A DNA stretch of 64,000 nucleotides from Dehalococcoidia bacterium (GCA_965242565.1 OZ251457.1:451891-515890), one strand, 5' to 3'. Positions 1 to 9,578 are shown, counted from the stretch's first letter. Translations and numbers: made by a program. Notes: generated from the letters alone by a model not told the origin.

Positions 1-261
1 AGCGAGTTCCTGTACTACGCGTTGCTCCATTCCGTCAGCGATCTGCGCGCACTGGGCACGGGCGCGACATTTGCTGAAGTCAGCAAGCGGACATTGGCCG
101 GATTCCGTATCGCCGTCGGGCCAGCCGAAGAGCAGCGTCGCATTACAGACCAGATGCGCGCCGTGCAACGCGCTCGGTCATCCGCAAACTCACAGCTTGC
201 TGCCCTTGAAGATCTATCCGCGTCACTTCTCAAGCGACTCTTCAGCCCCGCCACCGGATGA
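1..261 (+). CDS. hsdS: Type I restriction-modification specificity subunit (HsdS), 3' fragment; 5' end lies outside the window
   Basis: Frame 1 is open from nt 1. The C-terminal segment (...GTGATFAEVSKRTLAGFRIAVGPAEEQRRITDQMRAV...) has the conserved EQRRI-type HsdS C-terminal helix, and it lies immediately upstream of hsdM. Confidence 0.55.
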   Translation, partial: SEFLYYALLHSVSDLRALGTGATFAEVSKRTLAGFRIAVGPAEEQRRITDQMRAVQRARSSANSQLAALEDLSASLLKRLFSPATG

Positions 262-265
262 CCAC

Positions 266-1798
266 ATGACCACCGCCGATACCTTCAACGGCAAGATCTG
301 GGCGATCTGCGACATCATGCGCAGCGCCAACTACAGTGGCGTGATGGGCTACATCGCCGACCTCACCTGGCTGCTGTTCCTGCGGCTGTTGGACGAGAGC
401 GAAGCGGCAGCGGCGGAGAACCGCAAGGCCCTCGGTCTGCCGGTGCGGTTCTCGCTGAAGCCGCGCTATCGCTGGTCGAATTGGGCTGCGCCCGACGGCA
501 AGCTACGCGCTGAGCTCGCTGTCGGGCCGCGGAATGCGATGATCGACTTCGTCGATTCTGAGCTCTTGCCCTATCTGCGCAACCTACACGCCGGGCGCCA
601 GGCGACCGACAGCCAGCGCACGATCAGCCGGATCGTCTCCGGCGTCGATGAGATCGGGATGGACGGGAACAAGAATCTGCTGGATGTGCTGGACCTGCTG
701 CACGAGATCCGAACCGATCGGTCAGACCGAGCGACCGTCTTCGCTCTTTCGCAGGCCTACGAAGGTCTGCTGCTGGAGATGGGGCAGACGAACAAAGACG
801 CGGGCCAGTTTTTCACGCCTCGCATCGTCGTTTCCGCCATCGTGCGGGCGCTGAATCCGGAGCTCGGCGAGACCGTCTACGACCCCTGCTGTGGCACGGG
901 CGGTTTCCTCGCCCAGACCTATGAGCACATGCGCGGCAACCTGGGCGACAAGGTCACCGGCCGACAGCTTGAACAGCTGAGCTCGGAGACATTCTACGGT
1001 CGCGAGAAGGCTGACCTCGTCTACGCCATCGCCCTTGGCAACCTCATCCTGCACGGCATCGAACAGCCCAGGATCTGGCACGGCAACGCACTGAGCCGCA
1101 GCGAGTCCTATGGCGACCTTTACCAGTGCGCCCCCGAGCTCTTCGACGTGATCCTGACGAATCCGCCCTTCGGCGGCAAGGAGGGAGCCGACGCGCAGGA
1201 ACGCTTCGTGTACAAGTCCCGCGAAACACAGCTGCTCTTTCTACAGGAAGTGATCGACAGCCTCAAAGACGGCGGGCGCGCCGGGATGGTGATCGACGAG
1301 GGCACGCTCTTCAAACAAACCAAGGCCCACCGGCAGGTCCGCCAGAAGCTGTTGGACGAATGCGACCTCTGGTGCATCGTCAGCCTTGCGAATGGGGCTT
1401 TCACCGATGCCCACACAGGCGTCAAAACCGATCTGCTGTTCTTCACGAAGGGCAGGCCGACGGAGAAGGTCTGGTACTACGAGGTGTCCCCGCCGGCCGA
1501 CGCGCCAGGAGCGGGCGGATCGGGCAACCAGCGGACGTTCAACAAAGGCTATCCGCTTACGCACGCGCACTTCGACCACTTCCTCAAGCTGCTGCCCAAG
1601 CGTCGCAAGTCTCCACATTCCTGGACGGTCACACGCGCGGAAATCGAAGAACGCGACTACGTTCTGACAGCCGTCAACCCGCACCGCGTCGCGCAGGTCG
1701 ACACCCGCACCCCCGCCGAGCTGCTCGCCGAAATCGAGCAGCGCAACACCGAGCTCAACGCCGCCCTCAAGGACCTGCGCAAGGCGCTAAAGCGCTAA
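266..1798 (+). CDS. hsdM: Type I R-M DNA methyltransferase subunit HsdM (N6-adenine methylase)
   Basis: N-terminus MTTADTFNGKIWAICDIMR...; NPPFGG catalytic motif; SAM-binding CCGTGGFL; 511 codons; start 4 nt after the hsdS stop. Confidence 0.85.
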   Translation: MTTADTFNGKIWAICDIMRSANYSGVMGYIADLTWLLFLRLLDESEAAAAENRKALGLPVRFSLKPRYRWSNWAAPDGKLRAELAVGPRNAMIDFVDSELLPYLRNLHAGRQATDSQRTISRIVSGVDEIGMDGNKNLLDVLDLLHEIRTDRSDRATVFALSQAYEGLLLEMGQTNKDAGQFFTPRIVVSAIVRALNPELGETVYDPCCGTGGFLAQTYEHMRGNLGDKVTGRQLEQLSSETFYGREKADLVYAIALGNLILHGIEQPRIWHGNALSRSESYGDLYQCAPELFDVILTNPPFGGKEGADAQERFVYKSRETQLLFLQEVIDSLKDGGRAGMVIDEGTLFKQTKAHRQVRQKLLDECDLWCIVSLANGAFTDAHTGVKTDLLFFTKGRPTEKVWYYEVSPPADAPGAGGSGNQRTFNKGYPLTHAHFDHFLKLLPKRRKSPHSWTVTRAEIEERDYVLTAVNPHRVAQVDTRTPAELLAEIEQRNTELNAALKDLRKALKR

Positions 1799-1800
1799 CT

Positions 1801-2030
1801 CTCCCCCCCTGCGGGAGGAGATGCCGTCGGCTTCTGTTTTCTCCCCCCCTTGGGGGGAGATGCCGAAGGCAGAGGGGGGTGCGCGCGCAGCGCCGGCGCG
1901 CGCGCCTACCGCTCTCCTGCGCACGGGCGCCCCCCCTCTGTCGCGTTGCGACATCTCCCCCGCAAGCGGGGGGAGAAAATTTTTGGTTGCGCGTTTCTCC
2001 CTGTCGAGAAAAGGGGGATGTCTGCGGCGT
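1801..2030. repeat. Cluster of four GC-rich hairpins (TCTCCCCCC-N3-6-GGGGGGAGA). The third is followed by AAAATTTTT, so it is terminator-like between the convergent hsdM and MBL-hydrolase genes
   Basis: Inverted repeats read directly from the sequence; a fifth copy lies at about 41041-41070. Confidence 0.5.
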
Positions 2031-2039
2031 TTTGGGGCG

Positions 2040-2882
2040 TCAGGACGCGGCGAAGATGCGCTTGCCGTCCACCCGGGCGGCGCGGCCTACGCCGGGGAAC
2101 TTGAAGTGGCCGCTGGCGATCAAGGCATTTTCCCGCTCGATGCGGTCGAAGAGGGCGCGGCGGCTGGCGGTGCTCGTTGTGGGATCCACATCGGCGCTGG
2201 GGCACCAGTCGGTTTCGGTGAGTTGCACCATATGGTGGGCGGCGTCGCCGAGCACGTAGGCGCTCTCGCCGCCGCTGTTGACGGCGAACGAGACATGGCC
2301 GGGGGTGTGGCCGGGCGTGGGGATCGTGGTCACCTCGCTGGTCAGCGCGCCCTCGCCTTCGACGAAGTCGATCAGGCCCGCGTCGAGCACGGGGGCGAGC
2401 ACGTTGTCGTAGTTGGCGCCCTGCTTGAGCTCGTCGGAGCTGGTCCAGAAGTCCCACTCGGCCTGCTGTACGATGTGGCGGGCGTTGGGGAAGAGCGGCT
2501 GCGGTTTGCCGTCGACATCGGTGGTGTTCCAGCCGGTGTGGTCGAAGTGCAGGTGGGTGAAGGCGACGACGTCGACCTGGTCGGGGGGGACGCCGGCCTC
2601 GCGCATCACCTCGGGCAGGGCGGGCGGTGCCTTCAGCGGCAGCATTTCGACGGGGCGTCCGCCGATGCCGCTGTCGACGAGGATGGTGCGCCCCTGGCTG
2701 ATGATCAGCCAGGAGCCGAGGTTGAGGATGATGTTGCCGTCGTCGTCGAGCAGGTCGCCGTAGGCGTCCCAATCGGACGCCTGGGTGGTGGTGAAGAATC
2801 CGGTGGGGGGCACGACGGCCCAGGAGTCCTGGAGCGAGATCAGTTCGGCGTTGCCGACGTTGATGCGGTGGATCCGTGCCAT
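2040..2882 (-). CDS. MBL-fold metallo-hydrolase
   Basis: THLHFDHTGW (HxHxDH) motif plus downstream His and Asp ligands. Confidence 0.8.
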   Translation of the reverse strand: MARIHRINVGNAELISLQDSWAVVPPTGFFTTTQASDWDAYGDLLDDDGNIILNLGSWLIISQGRTILVDSGIGGRPVEMLPLKAPPALPEVMREAGVPPDQVDVVAFTHLHFDHTGWNTTDVDGKPQPLFPNARHIVQQAEWDFWTSSDELKQGANYDNVLAPVLDAGLIDFVEGEGALTSEVTTIPTPGHTPGHVSFAVNSGGESAYVLGDAAHHMVQLTETDWCPSADVDPTTSTASRRALFDRIERENALIASGHFKFPGVGRAARVDGKRIFAAS

Positions 2883-2938
2883 TGCGAGCCTCCCTAGGGC
2901 TGAGTGCCAGTCTGATGGGGTGAGGGTAGCGGAACGGG

Positions 2939-4288
2939 TTAGGGGGCGGCGTCGGCGCGGCGGTAGGACTCGTCGAGCAGTTCGATGGCGTGGGCGGTGC
3001 GGGCTGAGAGCGCGCCGGCGGCGTCGTGGCGGGCGATGCCGGCGTCGAGCTGGAGCATGCAGCCGGGGTTGGCGGTGCAGATTTGCTGCGCGCCCGTCGC
3101 CAGCACGTCCTCCATTTTCTCGGCCAGCACGCGCTGGGAGATGTCGGCCTGCATGATCGAGTAGATGCCGGCGCTGCCGCAGCAGCGGTCGGGCGCGCGC
3201 ATTTCGCGCAGCTGGAGTCCGGGGATGGCCCGCAGCAGCTGGCGCGGCGCTTTGCGCACCTCCTGGGCGTGCGAGAGGTGGCAGGAGTCCTGGTAGGTGA
3301 CGGCGCGGTTCAGCTCGCCCCGGGGCGGCTCGAAGCCGAGCTCGACCAGATACTCATGCACATCGCGGACGCGCGAGGCGAAGTCCGCCGCGCGCTCCGC
3401 CCAAGCCGGATCGTTGCGCAGCAAGTGTCCGTATTCCTTGAGGTGCGAGCCGCAGCCGGCGGCGTTGATCAGGATCGCGTCTGGCGGCTCGCCGTCCTCG
3501 GGCAGGAACGCGGCGATGTTCTTGCGCGCCAGCCGGCGCGCGGCCTCCACATCGCCGCCGTGCGCGTGGAGCGCGCCGCAGCAGACCTGCTCGCGTGGGG
3601 CGCGGACGGCGACGCCGTTGCGGGCGAAGACGCGGACGGTGGCGCGGTGGGTTTCGGGGTAGGCGAGCGGCATCATGCAGCCGGTCAGCAGGGCGGCGCG
3701 GGCGCGGAGCGGGGCGGTCGGCGCGACGCGCTCGGCCTCCCGGTTGTCGTAGAAGCGGGCGCGCGCGTCGGGCGAGAGCGCCTCGACGTCGGCCAGGCCG
3801 GGCGCGAGGCGTCGCAGCAGCCCGCTCTTGCGGACGAGCGTTTGCAAGCCGAGCCGCTGGTAGAGCTTCAGCCCGTAGCCGGCCAGCCGCAGGCGGCGCG
3901 GCGAGGGGAAGACGCCGCGCATGACGATGCGCCAGAGCAGGCGTCGGCGGCGCGGCCAGCGCTGCTGGGCGAAGGCTTCGGCGCGGGTCGCCTCCATTAG
4001 GCGTCCGTAAGGCACTTTGGAAGGGCAGGCGGTTTCGCAGGCGCGGCACTGGAGGCACTGATCGAAGTGCTGCTGGACGCGCGGCGTCCAATCGATGCGG
4101 CCGTCGTCGAGCGCGCGCATCAGCGCGATGCGCCCGCGCGGGGAGTCGGTTTCGAGTCCGAGGTCGAGGTAGGTGGGGCAGGCGTTGAGGCAGAAGCCGC
4201 AGTGGACGCAGAGGCCGAGTTCGCCCGGATCGGGGCGATCTTCGGTCAGCCAGATCGGCTCGCCGGCGGGAGCGGGAGCGTGGGTCAT
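2939..4288 (-). CDS. glcF: Glycolate oxidase iron-sulfur subunit-like (Fe-S)-binding protein (GlcF family)
   Basis: Two 4Fe-4S ferredoxin motifs (CVHCGFCLNACP, CLQCRACETACP) plus C-terminal Cys-rich CCG domains; 4-nt overlap with the upstream FAD subunit. Confidence 0.7.
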   Translation of the reverse strand: MTHAPAPAGEPIWLTEDRPDPGELGLCVHCGFCLNACPTYLDLGLETDSPRGRIALMRALDDGRIDWTPRVQQHFDQCLQCRACETACPSKVPYGRLMEATRAEAFAQQRWPRRRRLLWRIVMRGVFPSPRRLRLAGYGLKLYQRLGLQTLVRKSGLLRRLAPGLADVEALSPDARARFYDNREAERVAPTAPLRARAALLTGCMMPLAYPETHRATVRVFARNGVAVRAPREQVCCGALHAHGGDVEAARRLARKNIAAFLPEDGEPPDAILINAAGCGSHLKEYGHLLRNDPAWAERAADFASRVRDVHEYLVELGFEPPRGELNRAVTYQDSCHLSHAQEVRKAPRQLLRAIPGLQLREMRAPDRCCGSAGIYSIMQADISQRVLAEKMEDVLATGAQQICTANPGCMLQLDAGIARHDAAGALSARTAHAIELLDESYRRADAAP

Positions 4289-5592
4289 ATGCCGTCCACG
4301 AAGCGTCCGGGGTTGAGCGTGCGTTGGGGGTCGAATTCCTGCTTGACGCGATGCATCAGGCGCGCGCCCTCGCCGGCCGGGCCCCAGATGTCGAGGCGAT
4401 GTTTCAGTTCGGGCGGTGCCTGCTCCACGGTCAGGTTTCCTCCCAGCGGCGCGAGGGCGGCGCGCGCGGCTTCGATGCCCTGCGCCGCCGCTTCGAGCTC
4501 GGCGCAGGGCGCGTCCACGAAGAGTAGGCCCGAGTCGGCGGCGGCGATCCAGCGCGCCGCGCCGGGCACGCTCGCCCGCAGGTGTCGCACGGCGTCGGCC
4601 AGCGAGGCCGGCGGGACGCCGAGCCGCAGGCGCAGTTGGTCGGCGGGCGTAGCCAGCTCGAGATCGAAGATCGCCTGCCAGGTTTCGATGATGCCCTGGT
4701 CCGTGGCCGCGCCGTCTGTTGCGCCTGTTGCACGCGCGGCGTCGGTGGCGCGGGTCAGCGATTCGACCACCGCCTGCTCCAGGCCCGACATACGCAGCGC
4801 GATTGCTGCGCCGCCGGCGAATGCTCCGCCGAGCTCGCCTGCGGTATCCGCGGAGAGCGCGACGGCGGCCTGGAGCGACGGTTCGGCGCGCATCGCGGCG
4901 CGCCCGGCTTCGAGCGCGGCGGCGAAATCGGCCGCTGCCAGAATGGCCATCTGGTCGCTGGTCGGCAGCGGGCGGAGCTTAAAGGTGACTTCGACGATCA
5001 CGCCGAGGGTGCCGAGCGAGCCGCAGAAGAGTTTGGGCAGGTCGTAGCCGCTGACGTTTTTGACGACGCGCCCGCCGCCTTTGATCGGCGTGCCGTCGGC
5101 GCGGATCATGCGCATGCCGATCACCCAGTCGCGGGGGTAGCCGAAGGCGCGCCGGCGCAGTCCGCCGCGCCCGACGGCGGCGATGCCGCCCACGGTGGCG
5201 CGCTCGAACTGCGCCTGATCGAGCGGGACGAATTGCTCGTGCTCGGCCAGTTGCCGCTGGAGCGCGGCGAGCGGCATGCCGGCTTCGACGGTGATCGTGA
5301 AGTCGTCGGGCTCGTAGGCGACGACGCCGGTCATGGCCGAAAGATCAAGGGCGAGGTCGTAACGCTCGGGCGGCATGCCGAGGGCGGTCATGGTGGCGCC
5401 GCCGATCGGCGCGACGGCCAGTTCGTGCTCGTGCGCCAGCGCGAGGATGGTCTGGACATCGGCGTCGGAGCGCGGGCGCGCGGCGGCGTCCGGCGTTCGG
5501 CCGTCGATCAGCGCGCGCGGCTGGGCCGGATCGGCGAGGGCCGATTCCGGCAGGGCGGCGGCAAGCACATCGAGCGTCGTTTGAGTCATCAC
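4285..5592 (-). CDS. glcE: FAD-binding oxidoreductase, GlcE-like subunit
   Basis: FAD_binding_4 (PCMH) type N-terminus; operon position between the glcD-like and glcF-like genes. Confidence 0.65.
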   Translation of the reverse strand: MMTQTTLDVLAAALPESALADPAQPRALIDGRTPDAAARPRSDADVQTILALAHEHELAVAPIGGATMTALGMPPERYDLALDLSAMTGVVAYEPDDFTITVEAGMPLAALQRQLAEHEQFVPLDQAQFERATVGGIAAVGRGGLRRRAFGYPRDWVIGMRMIRADGTPIKGGGRVVKNVSGYDLPKLFCGSLGTLGVIVEVTFKLRPLPTSDQMAILAAADFAAALEAGRAAMRAEPSLQAAVALSADTAGELGGAFAGGAAIALRMSGLEQAVVESLTRATDAARATGATDGAATDQGIIETWQAIFDLELATPADQLRLRLGVPPASLADAVRHLRASVPGAARWIAAADSGLLFVDAPCAELEAAAQGIEAARAALAPLGGNLTVEQAPPELKHRLDIWGPAGEGARLMHRVKQEFDPQRTLNPGRFVDGI

Positions 5593-5662
5593 GGTGAATG
5601 CACCGCCAGCGTACTACCGCGCCGCGGCGGGCACGTGCATCGCATCGCGGCGCGCGTCGATC

Positions 5663-6118
5663 TCACAGGTTGCGGAAATCGACCGCGGCATCGACATCTA
5701 TCCGCCGGGCTTCCGCGAGGAGCAGAACGTCAACGGTGAGCAGCGGTCGGTCGGCGCTGATCACCGTGAGCAACGCGGCGTCCGTCAGCCCGACATATGT
5801 GTAGGCTGCATGCGCAGCGGCGTCGGCGCCCAACACGATCAATTCGCGGCTTTCATGAATGAGCGCGGCGAGTGTGTCCGACAGTTCGGATCTGCCCGGC
5901 TCCGCGTACTGGCGCAACAAGTTCGACGCTTCGGTCAGCGTGTTCGGGGTGACGTACACACCACCGCCGCTGTCAGAGATGAACCGGCGCAAACGGAAAT
6001 AATCTTCAACGCTGAAGCCCTTGAGCCGCCTGTGGCGCGCGATGATCCGCGGGTCTGTGTCGCCGGCCGCGAGTAGGACGAGCAGGTTGGCGTCAATGGC
6101 GTGGCCGCTCGGAGGCAT
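5663..6118 (-). CDS. vapC: PIN-domain toxin (VapC-like)
   Basis: 151 aa; LLD(A/T)...acidic-residue pattern of PIN (VLLAAGDTD...LTVDV...); 4-nt spacing from the upstream small ORF. Confidence 0.7.
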   Translation of the reverse strand: MPPSGHAIDANLLVLLAAGDTDPRIIARHRRLKGFSVEDYFRLRRFISDSGGGVYVTPNTLTEASNLLRQYAEPGRSELSDTLAALIHESRELIVLGADAAAHAAYTYVGLTDAALLTVISADRPLLTVDVLLLAEARRIDVDAAVDFRNL

Positions 6119-6122
6119 CGGC

Positions 6123-6407
6123 TCAGGCCAGGGGCGTCAGCAGGCGATCGGTGACGCCTGCGAACTCGCTGGTGCGATCCGCGATGTGTACCACCTTGTA
6201 CTGACGGTCGCCGAAGAGCCGCCCTCTCGCGAGGGGCGTCGTGGGCTGCGGAGTTGGGCGAGTGTGCGCAAAGCTGACCGTGATCAGCCATTCGTCCTTG
6301 TCAGGATCGAAGTTGAGCTCTTCGAGCAGAATTTCCGAGATGTGCTCATCGGCGAAGAGTTCCTTTGCGTACTCTTTCGCCGCCTGCACTGCTTCGACGC
6401 GATCCAT
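6123..6407 (-). CDS. Putative antitoxin partner of the PIN toxin (family not recognised)
   Basis: 94-aa ORF directly upstream of and co-oriented with the PIN gene; no RHH, AbrB or Phd signature seen. Confidence 0.4.
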   Translation of the reverse strand: MDRVEAVQAAKEYAKELFADEHISEILLEELNFDPDKDEWLITVSFAHTRPTPQPTTPLARGRLFGDRQYKVVHIADRTSEFAGVTDRLLTPLA

Positions 6408-6446
6408 GTTGCAGTTCCTCGCTCCCGTCTCGCTTGTGCGTCGATT

Positions 6447-7901
6447 TTAGACGAACGCCTTGGGGCCGAACTTGGCGATGGTCTGCTGCGCGTGCGCCCC
6501 GCCAGCCTCGCCGCAGCCGTGGCCGGCCGGGAAGATCTTGCAGGGGTTGAAATTCTCGGTTGCGCCGAACGCGCCGCGCAGACCTTGCATCGCGGCCATG
6601 TCGTCCTCCGTGAAAATCCACGGGAGGTAGTCGCGCTTCTCGTAGCCCACGCCGTGCTCGCCGGTGATCGCGCCGCCGGCGTCGACGCAGACGCGCATGA
6701 TCTCGCCGCCCGCTTCGAGCACGCGCTCCGTCGCGCCCGGCTCGCGCTCGTCGAACAGCAGGCAGGGGTGCAGATTGCCGTCGCCGGCGTGGAACATGTT
6801 GGCGACGGGCAGCCCGTAGCGGTCAGCGATTTCGTAGACCGCGTCGAGCACATCGGGCAGTTTGGTGCGCGGCACGACGCCGTCGAGCAGATAGTAGTTG
6901 GGCATAATCTGCCCCAGCGCCCCGATCGCTCCCTTGCGGCCCGCCCAAAGACGCTCGCGCTCCTCCGGATCGGTCGCCGAGCGGATCTCGCGCGGCTCGA
7001 AGCGGCGCAGAATCGATTCCACGATCCCGCCTTCGGCGGCGACCTGCGACTCCGGGCCGTCCACCTCGACCAGCAGCACAGCTTCCGCATCCAGCGGAAA
7101 GCCGGTGTGCAGGACGGGCTCAACCGCGGCGATCGTCGTCTTGTCGATCATCTCCAACGCAGCGGGCACTACGCCCGACGCGACCACGGCGCTGACCGCG
7201 TTGCTGGCTTCGCGCACGGAGTCGTAGATGGCCAGCAGCGTGCGCACCGAGGTCGGCGCGGGTACCAGCCGCACCAGCGCTTCGGTGACGATCCCGACCG
7301 TGCCCTCGCTGCCGACCACGCAGCCGACCAGGTCGTAGCCGGGCCGGTCGCGCGTCGCGTGGCCGATCCGCTGCACCTCGCCGTCGGGCGTGACCAGCAC
7401 CAACTCCAGCACGTGGTTGGTCGTTGTCCCCCAGGCGAGCGTGTGCGGCCCGCCCGCGTTCTCGGCGACATTGCCGCCGATCGTGCAGGCGCGCTGGCTG
7501 CTCGGATCGGGCGCGTAGGCCAGCCCGTAGGACGCGGCCGCCGCGCCGAGATCGAGGTTGACCACGCCCGGTTGGACGCGCGCGGTCTGGTTCTCCGCGT
7601 CGATCGCCAGGATGCGGCGCATGCGGTTCATCCCGAAGACGACGCCGCCCCGGGTGGCGAGCGCGCCGCCGCTCAGTCCGGTGCCCGCGCCGCGCGGCGT
7701 GATCGGCACGCCGTGCCGGTTGCAGATGCGCATCAGCGCGACGACGTCCTCGGTTGAGGCGGGCAGCGCGATCGCTTCCGGCTTCCCACGGTCGATCGTC
7801 GCGTCGTATTCGTAAACCAGCAGATCTTCGGGCTGCCAGACGACCGCCTCCTCGCCGATGGCTTCGATCAGTTCCCGCACCAGCGGCGACGGCTGCGTCA
7901 T
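6447..7901 (-). CDS. glcD: FAD-linked oxidase, GlcD-like subunit
   Basis: FAD_binding_4 plus FAD-oxidase C-terminal domain; real start MTQPSPLVRELIEA (485 codons) inside the longer ORF 6447..8015. Confidence 0.8.
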   Translation of the reverse strand: MTQPSPLVRELIEAIGEEAVVWQPEDLLVYEYDATIDRGKPEAIALPASTEDVVALMRICNRHGVPITPRGAGTGLSGGALATRGGVVFGMNRMRRILAIDAENQTARVQPGVVNLDLGAAAASYGLAYAPDPSSQRACTIGGNVAENAGGPHTLAWGTTTNHVLELVLVTPDGEVQRIGHATRDRPGYDLVGCVVGSEGTVGIVTEALVRLVPAPTSVRTLLAIYDSVREASNAVSAVVASGVVPAALEMIDKTTIAAVEPVLHTGFPLDAEAVLLVEVDGPESQVAAEGGIVESILRRFEPREIRSATDPEERERLWAGRKGAIGALGQIMPNYYLLDGVVPRTKLPDVLDAVYEIADRYGLPVANMFHAGDGNLHPCLLFDEREPGATERVLEAGGEIMRVCVDAGGAITGEHGVGYEKRDYLPWIFTEDDMAAMQGLRGAFGATENFNPCKIFPAGHGCGEAGGAHAQQTIAKFGPKAFV

Positions 7902-7923
7902 GATGTGCCCCTTCCGCCCGCGA

Positions 7924-8724
7924 TCATACCGCCGCCGACCAGCGCCGCCCCAGAAAGTCGAGCACGGCGGCGTTGAAGCGCTGCGGCTGCTCGAAGTAGA
8001 CGGAGTGTCCCGCATCGGGCACGCAGACGTACTCGCTGCCCTGCATCGCGCGGTGCGACGCCTCCATCGCTGTCGCCGGCACGATTCGGTCGTGCTCGCC
8101 GATGATGAACAGCAGCGGCATGCCGAGCTGCCGCATCATCGGCATCGTGGAGCCGCGCCAGGTGGCGAGCCCGGGCGTGGGCGCGAGGAACGTGCCGGGG
8201 CGCGGCGGATTCCAGCCATTCATGCGGCGGTAGAGCCAGGTTAGTTCGGGGCGCTCGCGCTCGGTCGCCGGTGCCAGCGCGCGCTGGCGCAGCGTCTGGC
8301 CGCGCACTTCCTCGTAGTGGCGGGCCTGAATGGCCCGTACCTCGTCGTTGACCAGCCCGGCCAGCGTGCCCGACAGGATCAGCGCGCGGATCCGTCCCGG
8401 GAAGAGCATCGCAAACGGGGTGGCGGTGCGCCCGCCCATCGAGTGGGCGATCATCGCAAAGTCCTCAATGCCCAGATGCTCGAGCAGCGCGTGCAGGTCG
8501 TAGGGGAAGGCGCGTCGTCCGGGTCCGCCGGGCACATCGCGGCTCAGCCCGAAGCTGCGGTGATCGAACGTCACGACGCGGTAGCGCTCCGCGAACGCGG
8601 GTACCTGCTGCCACCAGACGAGGTGGTTGCCGCCCGCGCCGTGCGCGAGCACCAGCGCCGGCGCGTCCTCCGCGCCGTGGCATTCGTACCAGAGGTCGAT
8701 CTCGTTGCAGCGCAGAAACGGCAT
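7924..8724 (-). CDS. Alpha/beta-hydrolase fold protein
   Basis: HGAGGN...AHSMGG nucleophile elbow (GxSxG); start MPFLRCNEIDL inside the 392-aa ORF. Confidence 0.75.
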   Translation of the reverse strand: MPFLRCNEIDLWYECHGAEDAPALVLAHGAGGNHLVWWQQVPAFAERYRVVTFDHRSFGLSRDVPGGPGRRAFPYDLHALLEHLGIEDFAMIAHSMGGRTATPFAMLFPGRIRALILSGTLAGLVNDEVRAIQARHYEEVRGQTLRQRALAPATERERPELTWLYRRMNGWNPPRPGTFLAPTPGLATWRGSTMPMMRQLGMPLLFIIGEHDRIVPATAMEASHRAMQGSEYVCVPDAGHSVYFEQPQRFNAAVLDFLGRRWSAAV

Positions 8725-8738
8725 CGAGCGAGCGCCGC

Positions 8739-9221
8739 TCAGCCCGCCTGGGCGGCGGCGAGCACCATTTCGAGCGCGCGGATCGCGGTCAGCCGCTTGT
8801 TGCCCTCGCGGTCTTCCGCCCAGACATGCCGCTCCGCCGCGATGCGGTCGCCCGGACCGACCGCCGCGATCCAGACGGTGCCGACGGGACGCTCCTCGTT
8901 GCCGCCGGTCGGTCCGGTGATGCCCGTCTCCGCCACGCCGATATCGGCGTTGAGCGTGTCGCGCACGCCGCGCGCCATCGCCACCGCCGCCTCTTCGGAG
9001 ACCGAGCCGTGTTCGCGCAGCAGCTCGCGATCGACGCCGATCAGGTTGATCTTCGGATGATTGTGATAGGGCGACGCGCCGCCGATCCAGGCGCGGCTGC
9101 AACCGGGAATGTCGGTGATCCAGTGTCCGATCAGGCCGCCGGTGTCGGTCTCGGCGGTGGCGAGGGTCAGCCTCCGCTCGGTCAGCGTGTCGACGACGGT
9201 TTGCGCCAGCGCTTCGGTCAT
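8739..9221 (-). CDS. CinA-family C-terminal domain protein (PncC-like nicotinamide-nucleotide amidohydrolase)
   Basis: 160 aa with the typical CinA_C motifs (LATAESCTGG-like: TLATAETDTGGLIGHWIT). Confidence 0.75.
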   Translation of the reverse strand: MTEALAQTVVDTLTERRLTLATAETDTGGLIGHWITDIPGCSRAWIGGASPYHNHPKINLIGVDRELLREHGSVSEEAAVAMARGVRDTLNADIGVAETGITGPTGGNEERPVGTVWIAAVGPGDRIAAERHVWAEDREGNKRLTAIRALEMVLAAAQAG

Positions 9222-9225
9222 CGGA

Positions 9226-9546
9226 TCAGTCCTCGTCCTCGCCGATGCCGGCGTGCGAGTCCCACTTGAAGATCAGGATCAGGATGAAGGTGACGAGCAC
9301 CAGGAACGGTGCGAGCATGATCGAGAACTCGAACCACTCCTCGCGATCGAAGTTGTTGACGCCGGTCCCGCCCTCGTCGGGCGCGGCCTGGAGTGCGAGC
9401 TCCGCCGTCGGTCCGGCCGGCGGCGCGTCGGCCGCCAGCGCATCGCCGGCCGCCAGCGCGCCCAGCGCGACGATCATCACCGCCGCAGCGGCGAGCGTCA
9501 GCGCCACGCGCCGCGCAGCTGCTGCGAACATCGTCCGAATTCTCAT
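9226..9546 (-). CDS. Small hypothetical membrane protein
   Basis: 106 aa; N-terminal hydrophobic segment and a C-terminal TM helix (FLVLVTFILILIF). Confidence 0.35.
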   Translation of the reverse strand: MRIRTMFAAAARRVALTLAAAAVMIVALGALAAGDALAADAPPAGPTAELALQAAPDEGGTGVNNFDREEWFEFSIMLAPFLVLVTFILILIFKWDSHAGIGEDED

Positions 9547-9578
9547 CACGGCCGCTCCTCCCTCAAGATCGTCCGCGC

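Noticed and set aside
1126-7757. Long ORFs on the strand opposite to or out of frame with real genes (for example 1126..2259, 1821..2897, 3026..4000, 3354..4091, 4582..5739, 6021..7757, 6284..7123)
   Set aside because: Arg/Ala/Pro-rich translations typical of stop-codon-poor alternative frames in about 70% GC DNA; each overlaps a gene with clear domain content.
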